NCBI GenBank assembly: GCA_944332025.1
Contig: CALVJB010000003.1
Location: 1-63,691 of the forward strand
DNA length: 63,691 nt
Source: an uncultured Bacilli bacterium
GTDB taxonomy: Bacteria > Bacillota_I > Bacilli_A > RF39 > UBA660
Direction of reading: 5' to 3'
Below, piece by piece: positions 39,585 to 48,944 of the stretch (positions are counted from its first letter, which is position 1; each line of letters opens with the position of its first letter). The notes beneath the pieces were generated by a model. The model saw only the letters and a program-made list of their open reading frames with translations. It had not been told where the DNA came from and did not search any database. Position numbers and translations under genes: made by a program.

Positions 39585-39761
39585 CTACTCTATTCTCTTT
39601 ACACTACAAAAGAAAGTAACTAGGTTACTTAAACTACCATTCTGGTAATTTAGCACCCCCCCCCAGATAACATATTGTAAACCCGGAGTTTTAGAAAAAT
39701 GACGAATTATTTTACCCCAGAATTGACGATTTATTTTACCCTGATAAATTAAATTAGTCAT
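39585..39761 (-). CDS. possible 58-aa small ORF containing a G9 tract
   Basis: The SD aaaggaag lies 6 nt before the ATG at 39761. The product is MTNLIYQGKINRQFWGKIIRHFSKTPGLQYVIWGGVLNYQ.... There is no homology support, and it lies in repeat-derived DNA. Confidence 0.25.
   Translation of the reverse strand: MTNLIYQGKINRQFWGKIIRHFSKTPGLQYVIWGGVLNYQNGSLSNLVTFFCSVKRIE
39656..39664. repeat. C9/G9 homopolymer
   Basis: Nine consecutive C on the plus strand, about 190 nt upstream of the surface-protein start. Confidence 0.95.
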
Positions 39762-39849
39762 ATTTATCTTCCTTTCTTTATCTTGTTAACTATATATTAT
39801 CATAATTTTAAGATATTCTGCAATACAATTTATTTTCACTTTACACATT

Positions 39850-40632
39850 TTATCTTATATCCATTAATATCTTTTTATTCTTAGTTAAAACTTTATTATA
39901 TTTTTCTTTAATTTTATCATCTACTTTTATTGGATAATTAGACTCTATATAATTTATCAACTCTTCTACTTCTGTACAAAATACATCTTCAAAATATTGA
40001 TATGAATTAGGAAAATCATATAAAAACTTATAAATATTCTCTACATTTTTAGGTAGACTAACATAAGGATTATAATAACAATAATAGTAATAATTAAAAC
40101 TTTCTGCAAAGTCTATAACTGGAGCTAGATGAAGATTATTTTTATATATTACTTCTTCCATATTATCACCACTTCTATCAATCTGTTCCATCATCATATC
40201 AATAGAGATTAATTTAAATTGTTCTTTTTGATAAGTCCTAGGAAGTATTTTTAGTTTTCTAACATTATATTGATGATGAAATGCTAATTCTATATCATCT
40301 TTTTGATGTTGATATCTTAATCCTTCTTTTCTATAATTAGGTGATGCTATCTTTAATTTACCTCTATCTAATAATAAATCTAAAGAAGTCGTTTCTAGTC
40401 CTATTTTATTACATAAGTATCTTCCTACTATTTCATTACAACAAGCCCTTTCATCTGCTTTTTTCATATAGTAATAACCATCACTAAGTTCTACTAAATA
40501 AATATTAATTCCTAAAGGACTTGAATAATTATTTTTAGTTATATTTAACTTTTTAAAGAAAGATTCATCCTCATCATAAAACTTTCTTCTAACAACATCA
40601 GTTCTAATTTTATCACTAGTTAAATCTATCAT
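39850..40632 (-). CDS. HipA_C-like kinase-fold protein (catalytic domain only)
   Basis: 260-aa ORF with the SD aggggga. The motifs IDRSGDNMEEV and LAPVIDFAESF parallel DRHxxN and P-I-F-D-x-G-x-S of the 406-aa HipA-like protein. Confidence 0.45.
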   Translation of the reverse strand: MIDLTSDKIRTDVVRRKFYDEDESFFKKLNITKNNYSSPLGINIYLVELSDGYYYMKKADERACCNEIVGRYLCNKIGLETTSLDLLLDRGKLKIASPNYRKEGLRYQHQKDDIELAFHHQYNVRKLKILPRTYQKEQFKLISIDMMMEQIDRSGDNMEEVIYKNNLHLAPVIDFAESFNYYYYCYYNPYVSLPKNVENIYKFLYDFPNSYQYFEDVFCTEVEELINYIESNYPIKVDDKIKEKYNKVLTKNKKILMDIR

Positions 40633-40684
40633 AATATCCCCCTTAATTAAGGCATATTATATCAAAAAAAGAAGGAAAATTCAA

Positions 40685-41578
40685 TTACTTCTTTCCTTCT
40701 TTAAATGTCTCACTCAATACTGTTCCTGCTGTTACTAAACTCTGTAATTCACTAGGAACTATTATCTTAGTAGACTGACCATTTGCTACTTTAACCATAG
40801 CATCATAACTCTTTAGTTTTAAAACTGAAGCATCAGCTTTAGCTTCTTTAAGTAATCTAATTCCTTCAGCTTCAGCATTCTTAATTTTAATAATTGCCTC
40901 TGCTTCACCTTCTGCTTTTTTAATAGCTGCTTCTTTCGCTGCTTCTGCTCTTAAGACTGTACTTTCTTTTTCTCCTTCAGCGATTAGTACAGCAGCTTTC
41001 TTCTCACCTTCCGCTTGTAATATCTTCTCACGTCTTTCACGTTCAGCACGCATTTGTTTTTCCATAGCATCTTGAATATCACGAGGTGGTATGATGTTTT
41101 TAACTTCTACTCTATTTACTTTAATACCCCAAGGATCAGTCGCTTCATCTAGAATTGATCTCATTTTAGAATTAATGATATCTCTTGATGTTAAGGTTTG
41201 ATCTAGTTCAAGCTCACCTATAATATTACGAAGAGTAGTTGCTGTTAAATTTTCAATCGCATTAATAGGATTTTCTACTCCATAAGTATATAGTTTAGGA
41301 TCAGTTATTTGAAAATAGACAACTGTATCTATTTGCATAGTAACATTATCCTTAGTAATAACAGGTTGAGGTGCAAAGTCTTTAACTATTTCTTTTAGAG
41401 ATACAGTAGATGCTACTCTATCAATAAATGGTACTACATAATGAGGTCCTGTACCAAGTGTTTTATAGTAAGAACCTAATCTTTCTATTACTTTCGCTTG
41501 TGATTGAGGAATAACTTTTACTCCTAATACTATAATAACAATAATTACTATTAATATAACCCAAAACATATTAATCAC
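40685..41578 (-). CDS. SPFH/band 7 (stomatin-like) protein
   Basis: 297-aa ORF with an N-terminal TM segment, an SPFH core, and an A/E/K-rich coiled-coil tail. Confidence 0.9.
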   Translation of the reverse strand: MINMFWVILIVIIVIIVLGVKVIPQSQAKVIERLGSYYKTLGTGPHYVVPFIDRVASTVSLKEIVKDFAPQPVITKDNVTMQIDTVVYFQITDPKLYTYGVENPINAIENLTATTLRNIIGELELDQTLTSRDIINSKMRSILDEATDPWGIKVNRVEVKNIIPPRDIQDAMEKQMRAERERREKILQAEGEKKAAVLIAEGEKESTVLRAEAAKEAAIKKAEGEAEAIIKIKNAEAEGIRLLKEAKADASVLKLKSYDAMVKVANGQSTKIIVPSELQSLVTAGTVLSETFKEGKK

Positions 41579-41996
41579 TCTCCTTAATTTCTTCTACTTT
41601 AAGTTTTACTCCATTAATAGATAATACTTTTACTTTAGAATTCTCTTCCACTTCTTTATCACTATATGCACTCCACTTCTTTCCTAGAACTTTAACTTCA
41701 CCAATTCCATCTTTTTCAATTTTTTCTGTAACTACACCAACTTTACCTATAACTCTATCTAAATTAGTAGGAACTACATCTCTTTTCTTCATCTTTTTAA
41801 CAAAAGGTTTTGTTAAAAGTAATAAAAGAATAGAACTGATAGTAAAAACTGCTAGATGTATCATTAAATTATCAGTTGCTAAAGATACAAAAGTTGTAAT
41901 TAAAGCTCCAAGTGAAAACCAAATAGATACTAAGTTCACTGTTACAAGTTCAAACAATGCTAATACTACAAATAAAACTAACCAAAAAAGTGTCAT
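41571..41996 (-). CDS. NfeD-family membrane protein
   Basis: 141-aa ORF with three TM segments and a C-terminal OB-fold (GIGEVKVLGKKWSA). It overlaps the SPFH gene. Confidence 0.85.
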   Translation of the reverse strand: MTLFWLVLFVVLALFELVTVNLVSIWFSLGALITTFVSLATDNLMIHLAVFTISSILLLLLTKPFVKKMKKRDVVPTNLDRVIGKVGVVTEKIEKDGIGEVKVLGKKWSAYSDKEVEENSKVKVLSINGVKLKVEEIKESD

Positions 41997-42202
41997 AATA
42001 CTTCCTCCCTTGATAAAAATATACTATAAATTTAGAAAAAATACTACAAAAATAAACTTTTTCTTACATATTTTTTTAGATTATGCTAAAATCTTTAAGG
42101 AAACAGGTTTAATGGTTAAATTGAAAACGCAACATCTATAAAGATGCAAACGAACAACACATAAACAGTGCTGTTTTTATATTATAAGGAAGGAGGTTAA
42201 CT

Positions 42203-42676
42203 ATGCCTGAAACTAAGTTTCAAGACTTTATTTATACTTTAATAATGGCATTTTTAATGGTATATGTAATGATTTGTTATAATATTGCTATTCATACTGG
42301 AGGATTAAATAACTTTGTATTTCTAGAAGCTTTTAATGAATTAATATATATGTGGCCTATCACTATTATTTTAGAGTTTTTCTTAATAGGCAAGATCGCT
42401 CACAAATTAACTTTTAAAGCACTTAATCCTAAGAAAACACCTAATATTATTATAAGTTATGGTATATCTATTATAATAGTTACTTTTATGTGCCCTATTA
42501 TGAGTTTAATTGCCACTATTCTTATAAATAAACCTAGTCTTGATATATTTATATCTAGTTGGTTGCAATCTATGGTCCTAAGTTTTCCTATGGCTATGTG
42601 CTTTCAATTATTTTATGCAGGGCCAATAGTAAGATTTATATTTAATCTTATATTTAAAAACAAACTAAGTAAGTGA
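42203..42676 (+). CDS. DUF2798-like membrane protein
   Basis: 157-aa ORF with the SD aaggaggt and a duplicated 2-TM unit beginning MPETKFQDFIYTLIMAFLM. Confidence 0.55.
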   Translation: MPETKFQDFIYTLIMAFLMVYVMICYNIAIHTGGLNNFVFLEAFNELIYMWPITIILEFFLIGKIAHKLTFKALNPKKTPNIIISYGISIIIVTFMCPIMSLIATILINKPSLDIFISSWLQSMVLSFPMAMCFQLFYAGPIVRFIFNLIFKNKLSK

Positions 42677-42678
42677 GA

Positions 42679-43140
42679 CTAGTTTGTTTTCTTTATGATT
42701 TTAAATTTTTCTTTTTCTTCTTCATAATCCAAATCAAATATAGGATTATTGTCTAAAGCAAAAGGTAAATAAAAATATTTATTAGTTCTTTTTATATAAT
42801 CATCCGTATATAAAGTCTCTAACTCTTCTCTAGTTAATTCTTTTAATTTAGGTTTCTTAATATTAGATCCAACTAAAGGGCTATTAGTATTTATCTCTCT
42901 AAGCTCTCCCTCTTTTTTTCTTATTAGTAAATAAGGAGATAATCCTTCTTCTTCAAGTTTTCTATTAAAAAACATTCTAGATTCTTTATATTTATCAAAA
43001 TTAACTATATCACTTTTCTTAACCATATCTTTATAATATGTATAAATATTAGGAAAATAGTTATTAAGATACTCTAAAAGATTAATATCATCTATATATA
43101 AGTTTCTATCAGTAATAGAAACATAATAAAATTTAATCAT
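42679..43140 (-). CDS. hypothetical protein
   Basis: 153-aa ORF with the SD agaggga. I recognise no domain. Confidence 0.5.
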   Translation of the reverse strand: MIKFYYVSITDRNLYIDDINLLEYLNNYFPNIYTYYKDMVKKSDIVNFDKYKESRMFFNRKLEEEGLSPYLLIRKKEGELREINTNSPLVGSNIKKPKLKELTREELETLYTDDYIKRTNKYFYLPFALDNNPIFDLDYEEEKEKFKIIKKTN

Positions 43141-43268
43141 GTAATCCCTCTTTTCACGAGTTATAGATTAACATAATATCTATAAAAATGTAAAGAAAAA
43201 GAATAGACTAATCTCTTCTATTTAACATAATCACAAATTGTGATATCCAATAATTTCTATTAATGTTA

Positions 43269-44093
43269 TTATTCTAACTTATCTAACAAACTATCTAAAA
43301 TTTCTTTACTTTCTATCTTAGTAATAGCAAAACATTTCTTACCTAAATCTTTAAAACTAGCACCAGAGTGATATAAATCTTTCTTATCTAAAATAATAAA
43401 TCTATCATGAAAAGAGTTATTAACTACTAAAGTAATATTATTATACTGTTCTTTATACTTCTCATAATCTTGTATTTTATATTTATTAGTAATTAATGTT
43501 ACTTGCTTATTAGTCTTAGATAATATGTCTAAAATATTCTTATCAATATAATTATCTATTATAATAATACTTTCTTTAGCATTCTCAAATATCTTCATCA
43601 TAAGAGAATAAGCATCATAAATCTGTCCTTCAAAAAATATATGATTATTTTTATCTTTAAAGCTAGAAAATGCATCTTCTAATAAATCTATTCTTTTAGA
43701 ATCTTTTATTACTAAGTCATTTATATACTTTTGTTCAATTAGATTAGTTGAAATATATTTTCTCATCGCTACAAAAGCATCCATTATTCTTATACTAACT
43801 TCTTCTGCAACAGGTGTTCTAAGTACAGTTGCAAGCATTGCCACACCTTGCTCTGTAAAAACATAAGGTAAATATTTAGAATATTTTCCTTGTTCTAATT
43901 CTAAGGTTTCAAATTGAAACCTTAGAATTTCATAGTATTCATCTTTTGTTAACTGAAACATAAACCTTTCTGGAAATCTATTTATATGTCTTTTAACAGC
44001 TAAGTTAATAGTCTTAGTTCCGTTTTTACATTTATAAAGTTCAGCCAAATCACTATCAAGCATCTCTTGCTTACCCCTAATCTCGTATATCAT
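43269..44093 (-). CDS. ORF6N (KilA-N-related) domain protein with a C-terminal HDRF...GASFKDLGKK module
   Basis: IRGKQEMLDSDLAELY ... FTEQGVAMLATVL is a classic ORF6N signature. The reading frame is open upstream to 44150, and a strong SD (gaaggagg) sits 8 nt before an ATA codon at 44135. Confidence 0.8.
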   Translation of the reverse strand: MIYEIRGKQEMLDSDLAELYKCKNGTKTINLAVKRHINRFPERFMFQLTKDEYYEILRFQFETLELEQGKYSKYLPYVFTEQGVAMLATVLRTPVAEEVSIRIMDAFVAMRKYISTNLIEQKYINDLVIKDSKRIDLLEDAFSSFKDKNNHIFFEGQIYDAYSLMMKIFENAKESIIIIDNYIDKNILDILSKTNKQVTLITNKYKIQDYEKYKEQYNNITLVVNNSFHDRFIILDKKDLYHSGASFKDLGKKCFAITKIESKEILDSLLDKLE

Positions 44094-44262
44094 ATTTTCT
44101 ATTTTAATGTCTTCTTTTTCTATTAAATCGTTTATAACTATAACCTCCTTCTATATCTTATCTTAAATACCTATTCCATTACCTTTTGAGATCACAATTT
44201 GTGACCTCAAACTTATAATTAAAAGAAAAATGTAACAGATATCTCTAATATATAATATACGG

Positions 44263-45357
44263 TTACTGATTATTTTTTTTCGCAATATTAAGAAGAATTC
44301 CAATACTTAATAAACTTATTAATAAAGAACTTCCTCCATAAGATAAGAAAGGTAAAGTGACCCCTGTTACAGGTATTAAACCTATAACGACTGCAAGATT
44401 CATTAAAGCTTGGAAAATCATTTGAAAGATAAGTCCAAAAGCTAAGTATTTGGCAAATAAGTCATTTGACTTTAATGCTATTTTTACACCGAAGTATAGG
44501 AGTAAAAAGAAAAGAAGTGCAATAAATATCGCTCCTACTACACCAAATTCTTCACAGATAATAGAAAAAATAAAGTCTGTTTGAGGTTCTGGTAGGTAGA
44601 AATGTTTTTGTCTTGAATTAAGAAAGCCCGTTCCAAGTAGTCCTCCTGGTCCTATTGCATATAAAGACTGTATTATTTGAAAGCCTGTTCCTAAAGGATC
44701 AGACCAAGGATCTAAAAAAGATGTTATTCTATCCATTCGGTATGGAGCGATGGCGATTAAAATTACTACGCCAATTACTCCTATTACACCTAGGATATAA
44801 AAGAATTTCATATTAACTCCTGCAATAAAAAGCATAGCAATAATTGAGACCATTAAGACTAAACCAGTACCTAAATCTGGTTGTAACATAATAAGGCCAA
44901 AAGCAAGAGTTGCAATCCCTAATATTGGAATAACTCCTTTCTTATAACTTTTTAAAAACTTATTACTATTAACTAAGTATTTACTTGTAAATATTATTAA
45001 TGCTAGTTTTATAAATTCACTAGGTTGTACTCCAAATGGTCCTATTCCAAACCAACTACGACTACCATTTCTAATACTACCTATTCCTGGTATTAAAACT
45101 AAAATTAATAATAAAAAGCAAATACCTAGAATGATATTTGCCTTCTTAAAATAGATATTATAATCTATTTTACTAACTATATACATTATTATAAATCCTA
45201 TTACTGTAAATAATGCTTGCTGTTTCACATAGTGAAAACTATCGTGAAACTTATATTCTGCCCAAATACTGGAAGCTGAATATATCATTATAAGTCCAAA
45301 TGTTACTAAGAGTATTACTGTGATTAATAAAGGCAAAGATAAACCTTTCTTCTTCAT
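44263..45357 (-). CDS. ftsW: FtsW/RodA/SpoVE (SEDS) family peptidoglycan polymerase
   Basis: 364-aa ORF with 10 TM segments and the conserved motifs QPSEF, PEPQTDFIF and LPFLSYGGSS. It lies next to mraY. Confidence 0.9.
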   Translation of the reverse strand: MKKKGLSLPLLITVILLVTFGLIMIYSASSIWAEYKFHDSFHYVKQQALFTVIGFIIMYIVSKIDYNIYFKKANIILGICFLLLILVLIPGIGSIRNGSRSWFGIGPFGVQPSEFIKLALIIFTSKYLVNSNKFLKSYKKGVIPILGIATLAFGLIMLQPDLGTGLVLMVSIIAMLFIAGVNMKFFYILGVIGVIGVVILIAIAPYRMDRITSFLDPWSDPLGTGFQIIQSLYAIGPGGLLGTGFLNSRQKHFYLPEPQTDFIFSIICEEFGVVGAIFIALLFFLLLYFGVKIALKSNDLFAKYLAFGLIFQMIFQALMNLAVVIGLIPVTGVTLPFLSYGGSSLLISLLSIGILLNIAKKNNQ

Positions 45358-45371
45358 CTAATCACTCTTTT

Positions 45372-46352
45372 CTATAACCATACTCCAAAAATAATGCCAC
45401 CCATGGCTAGTAATAATCCAAAGACTACAAATAATTTAACAATATCAGTTTCTTGCCAACCAAGTTTTTCAAAATGATGATGTAAAGGTGTCATTAAAAA
45501 TAACTTTTTATGAAAAAATCTTAACCAAAATACTTGTAAAATAACTGATAATGTTTCTATTACAAATACCCCTGCTACTACAAGTAAAGTAAGTTCTCTA
45601 TGAGTAAGAATAGCAACTGCACCCATAACACCACCAAGGGCAAGAGAACCAGTATCACCCATAAACACTTTAGCAGGATGGGTATTATAAACTAAGAAAC
45701 CAATTAGTGAACCTACTAACACTAAACAAAATATACCAATATCTTCAAAACCTACAACAAAGGAAATAAGAGCAAAGGCAATGAATGCAACTGCAGATAA
45801 ACTACCTGCAAGTCCATCCAAACCATCTGTTAAATTAACTGCATTAGATGCTCCTATTAAGATAAATAATATAAATAATCCATATAACCAAGTAAGTTCT
45901 ATATCAATACCAAGAGTACCAACAACAAAAGAAGTCTGTCCTCCATTTTTCATATAGATATAGAAAAATATTGTTGATATTATAACTTGTCCTAGTAATT
46001 TTTGATATGTAGTAAGGCCTTCATTGTTATGTTTTTTTAAAGATAAGAAATCATCTAAAAATCCAATAATAGCAAAGCCTAAAAAGACAACTAAGACTAT
46101 CGCTATATTATCAGAATAAGGTATCTTATCGGTAATTAATAGTCCCAAAGTAATTATAATAGTAGGAATAATAAAGATTAATCCTCCCATTGTAGGAGTA
46201 CCTTCTTTCTGCCTATGAGAGTATCCCACATAACTACTTATTCTTTGTCCTACTTTTAACTTTCTTAAAAGAGGTAAAAGGATAAGACCTAAAACTACAC
46301 TAAATAAAAATCCAATCATAATTGCAAATACTGCTTTTGTAAGTAATAACAT
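45372..46352 (-). CDS. mraY: phospho-N-acetylmuramoyl-pentapeptide transferase
   Basis: 326-aa ORF. NAVNLTDGLDGLA, GDTGSLALGG and PLHHHFE motifs. Confidence 0.95.
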   Translation of the reverse strand: MLLLTKAVFAIMIGFLFSVVLGLILLPLLRKLKVGQRISSYVGYSHRQKEGTPTMGGLIFIIPTIIITLGLLITDKIPYSDNIAIVLVVFLGFAIIGFLDDFLSLKKHNNEGLTTYQKLLGQVIISTIFFYIYMKNGGQTSFVVGTLGIDIELTWLYGLFILFILIGASNAVNLTDGLDGLAGSLSAVAFIAFALISFVVGFEDIGIFCLVLVGSLIGFLVYNTHPAKVFMGDTGSLALGGVMGAVAILTHRELTLLVVAGVFVIETLSVILQVFWLRFFHKKLFLMTPLHHHFEKLGWQETDIVKLFVVFGLLLAMGGIIFGVWL

Positions 46353-46471
46353 GACTTATCGCCTCTCATTTCTCTAAGTATTATAGCATAAGTATTTTTG
46401 TTATTCTATATATATTTTTCTATTTTACTTTCTCTTGTCATTTAATTTTATGATTATTATTTCAATTTAGA

Positions 46472-48379
46472 CTAATTACCTAACATTAATTTAACAGTAC
46501 TACCATCTTCTAATCTTGTTCCAGCTTCTGGTGACTGACTTATTATTTTCTCTCCACTACCAGAATATTCTATAGAAAAGTGTTCTAATAATTTCTTAGC
46601 TTCTTCAGGAGTTTTACCTACTACATCTGTTACTTCATAATAGACTTTATCAGTCCATTCATAGTCTTTTTCTACTCCTCCTTCTTGCTTTTCTATATCT
46701 AAAGCATCAATTATATCTAGAAGTATTCTTCTTGCAATAGGAGTTGTTGTATAACTTGAAAGAAGTGCTGTATCTTTTGGATTATCTATTGCGATATAAA
46801 GCACCGCTTCAGGGTCATTTGATGGAACGATACCAACAAAGGACATTATATAGTTATTTGCAAGATAAGCACCATTAACGGCCTTTTGAGCCGTACCTGT
46901 CTTACCACCTATTCTATAACCATCTATATAAGCAGATTTCCCTCCTCCTAAAGCAACTACTGTCTCTAGGGCATATCTCATAATTTCACTAGTCTCTTCA
47001 CTTATCACTTTCCTTACTTTAGTCTTACTATTATGTTCCATTACATTACCAGTCTCAGGCTCTAAGATATTTTTTAAGACGAAAGGTTTCAATAAGTCTC
47101 CCCCATTAATAACTGCCGATATCGCTGTTATTTGTTGGATAGGTGTAACACTAATACCTTGTCCAAAGGCAGTAGTAGCAAGTTCTATATTTCCAACATT
47201 TTCAAGAGGAAAGATAATCCCTTCACCTTCTCCATTTAAATCTATTCCTGTTTTATTTCCATAACCAAATAAGTCTAAATAGTGAAATAATCTCTCTTTG
47301 CCTAGTAACTGTCCCATTTTAACGAAACCAGGGTTACAACTGTTTTGTAAGACTTGAAGGAAAGTTTGGTGTCCGTGTCCTCCTGCTTTCCAACATTTAA
47401 TCCTTGCAGTATCTACTTGTACAGAACCAGTATCAGTAAACTCATCTTTAAATAAATCTACTACCCCTTCTTCTACTGCCACTGCTGTTGTAACTATCTT
47501 TTGGGTAGAACCAGGTTCATAACTAGCCCATATAGGAAGATTACGAGATAATTCTTCTTGTGAATAATTCTGATAATTATTAGGATCAAAATTTGGTCTA
47601 GAACTCATTGCAAGTATCTCTCCAGTTTTAGGATCCATAACAACGGCAAGAGCCATATCTGGATTAAACATATCGACAACATTATCAAGTTCTCTTTCAA
47701 CTGACTTTTGAATATTTATATCAATAGTAAGTTGTAAATCCATACCATCTTGTGGTTCTATATATAAATCAGTAAGTTCTAGTTTATTCCCCTTTGCATC
47801 ACTAAAATACTTAATCGCACCGTTCTCACCCGTTAAATAATCATCATACTGTAACTCTATTCCAGATAAACCTTGATTATCTATTCCGACATATCCTAGA
47901 ACATGAGATAACATTTCTTCATAGGGATAATATCTTTTAGACTCTTTAACTAAATAAACTCCATCAAAGTTTAAGGCTTCTATTTTATCGGCAATTTCAT
48001 AAGATAATCTTCTTCCTTCAGGATGAACTCTTTCAATAGATGTTTCTTTATAAACATGTTCTTTCATCTCATCAAAACTTACTCCTAAAATTTCTGCAAG
48101 TTTTTCTGTTACTTCTTTTTTATTCTTAATCTGATTAGGTATTAAAACTAAAGATGTAGTTGTTATATTATCTGCAAGAACTACTCCATTTCTATCAAGA
48201 ATCCTACCTCGCGATGCTTCAATAGGTAAATTTCTACTCCAAAGGTCACTAGCAAGAGTTGATAGTTTTTTATAATCTACTACTTGAACATAAAACACTC
48301 TTAAGACTATTACTAATAAAATACTACTAAATATTAAAAGAATAATTTTCATTCTCTTATCTATTCCTCTTGTAAACAT
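46472..48379 (-). CDS. class B penicillin-binding protein with a C-terminal PASTA domain (PBP2B/SpoVD/FtsI type)
   Basis: 635-aa ORF with an N-terminal anchor. STQK, SCN and KTGT motifs, and one PASTA repeat at the C-terminus. Confidence 0.9.
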   Translation of the reverse strand: MFTRGIDKRMKIILLIFSSILLVIVLRVFYVQVVDYKKLSTLASDLWSRNLPIEASRGRILDRNGVVLADNITTTSLVLIPNQIKNKKEVTEKLAEILGVSFDEMKEHVYKETSIERVHPEGRRLSYEIADKIEALNFDGVYLVKESKRYYPYEEMLSHVLGYVGIDNQGLSGIELQYDDYLTGENGAIKYFSDAKGNKLELTDLYIEPQDGMDLQLTIDINIQKSVERELDNVVDMFNPDMALAVVMDPKTGEILAMSSRPNFDPNNYQNYSQEELSRNLPIWASYEPGSTQKIVTTAVAVEEGVVDLFKDEFTDTGSVQVDTARIKCWKAGGHGHQTFLQVLQNSCNPGFVKMGQLLGKERLFHYLDLFGYGNKTGIDLNGEGEGIIFPLENVGNIELATTAFGQGISVTPIQQITAISAVINGGDLLKPFVLKNILEPETGNVMEHNSKTKVRKVISEETSEIMRYALETVVALGGGKSAYIDGYRIGGKTGTAQKAVNGAYLANNYIMSFVGIVPSNDPEAVLYIAIDNPKDTALLSSYTTTPIARRILLDIIDALDIEKQEGGVEKDYEWTDKVYYEVTDVVGKTPEEAKKLLEHFSIEYSGSGEKIISQSPEAGTRLEDGSTVKLMLGN

Positions 48380-48451
48380 AAAAAACTCACTACCTTTCCA
48401 GTAGTAAGTTTATGTTTTAAAATATTATTTATTATTTAAGCTGATTAAATT

Positions 48452-48910
48452 TCATATCTTATCATAATTAATAACTTTATGATTACTATCAACGTTAAAT
48501 TTAACATTAACTTTTCTATTATAAAAATAATCTTCAAACTCAGTATCTAACAAGTATGTAATAGCATATCTCTTCTTTTCTTTCAATAAATATTCTATAT
48601 CAAGAAAAAAAGCATCATTTTCTTTATTATTTCTAGTATTTCCTTTATAATCATTTGCAACAAATACATTCATATTATAAATTCTATCTGGATACTCAAT
48701 AACAGCATTACCAACTTCCTCTAAATTACTAACTTCTATTCCTGTTTCTTCTTTAACTTCCCTAATTGCTGCTTCTACACCTGTTTCTCCTTCTTCTATT
48801 TTTCCTCCTGGAATATCAATATACCCTATGTTTTCTTCTTTATATCGTATACATAAAACTTTATTACCAGCAACTACAAACACTCTTACAGCATTCCTAA
48901 CTTTTTTCAT
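48452..48910 (-). CDS. Nudix hydrolase
   Basis: 152-aa ORF with the Nudix box GGKIEEGETGVEAAIREVKEETGI. Confidence 0.85.
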   Translation of the reverse strand: MKKVRNAVRVFVVAGNKVLCIRYKEENIGYIDIPGGKIEEGETGVEAAIREVKEETGIEVSNLEEVGNAVIEYPDRIYNMNVFVANDYKGNTRNNKENDAFFLDIEYLLKEKKRYAITYLLDTEFEDYFYNRKVNVKFNVDSNHKVINYDKI

Positions 48911-48944
48911 AGTTCAAAATCCTTTCTAATTTTATCAAAACTCT

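Noticed and set aside
42080-42200. A possible riboswitch or attenuator in the leader of the DUF2798 gene, with the small hairpins catct-ataa-agatg and aaacag-tg-ctgttt followed by a T-run.
   Set aside because: The stems are very short, and I cannot match the leader to any riboswitch consensus that I know.
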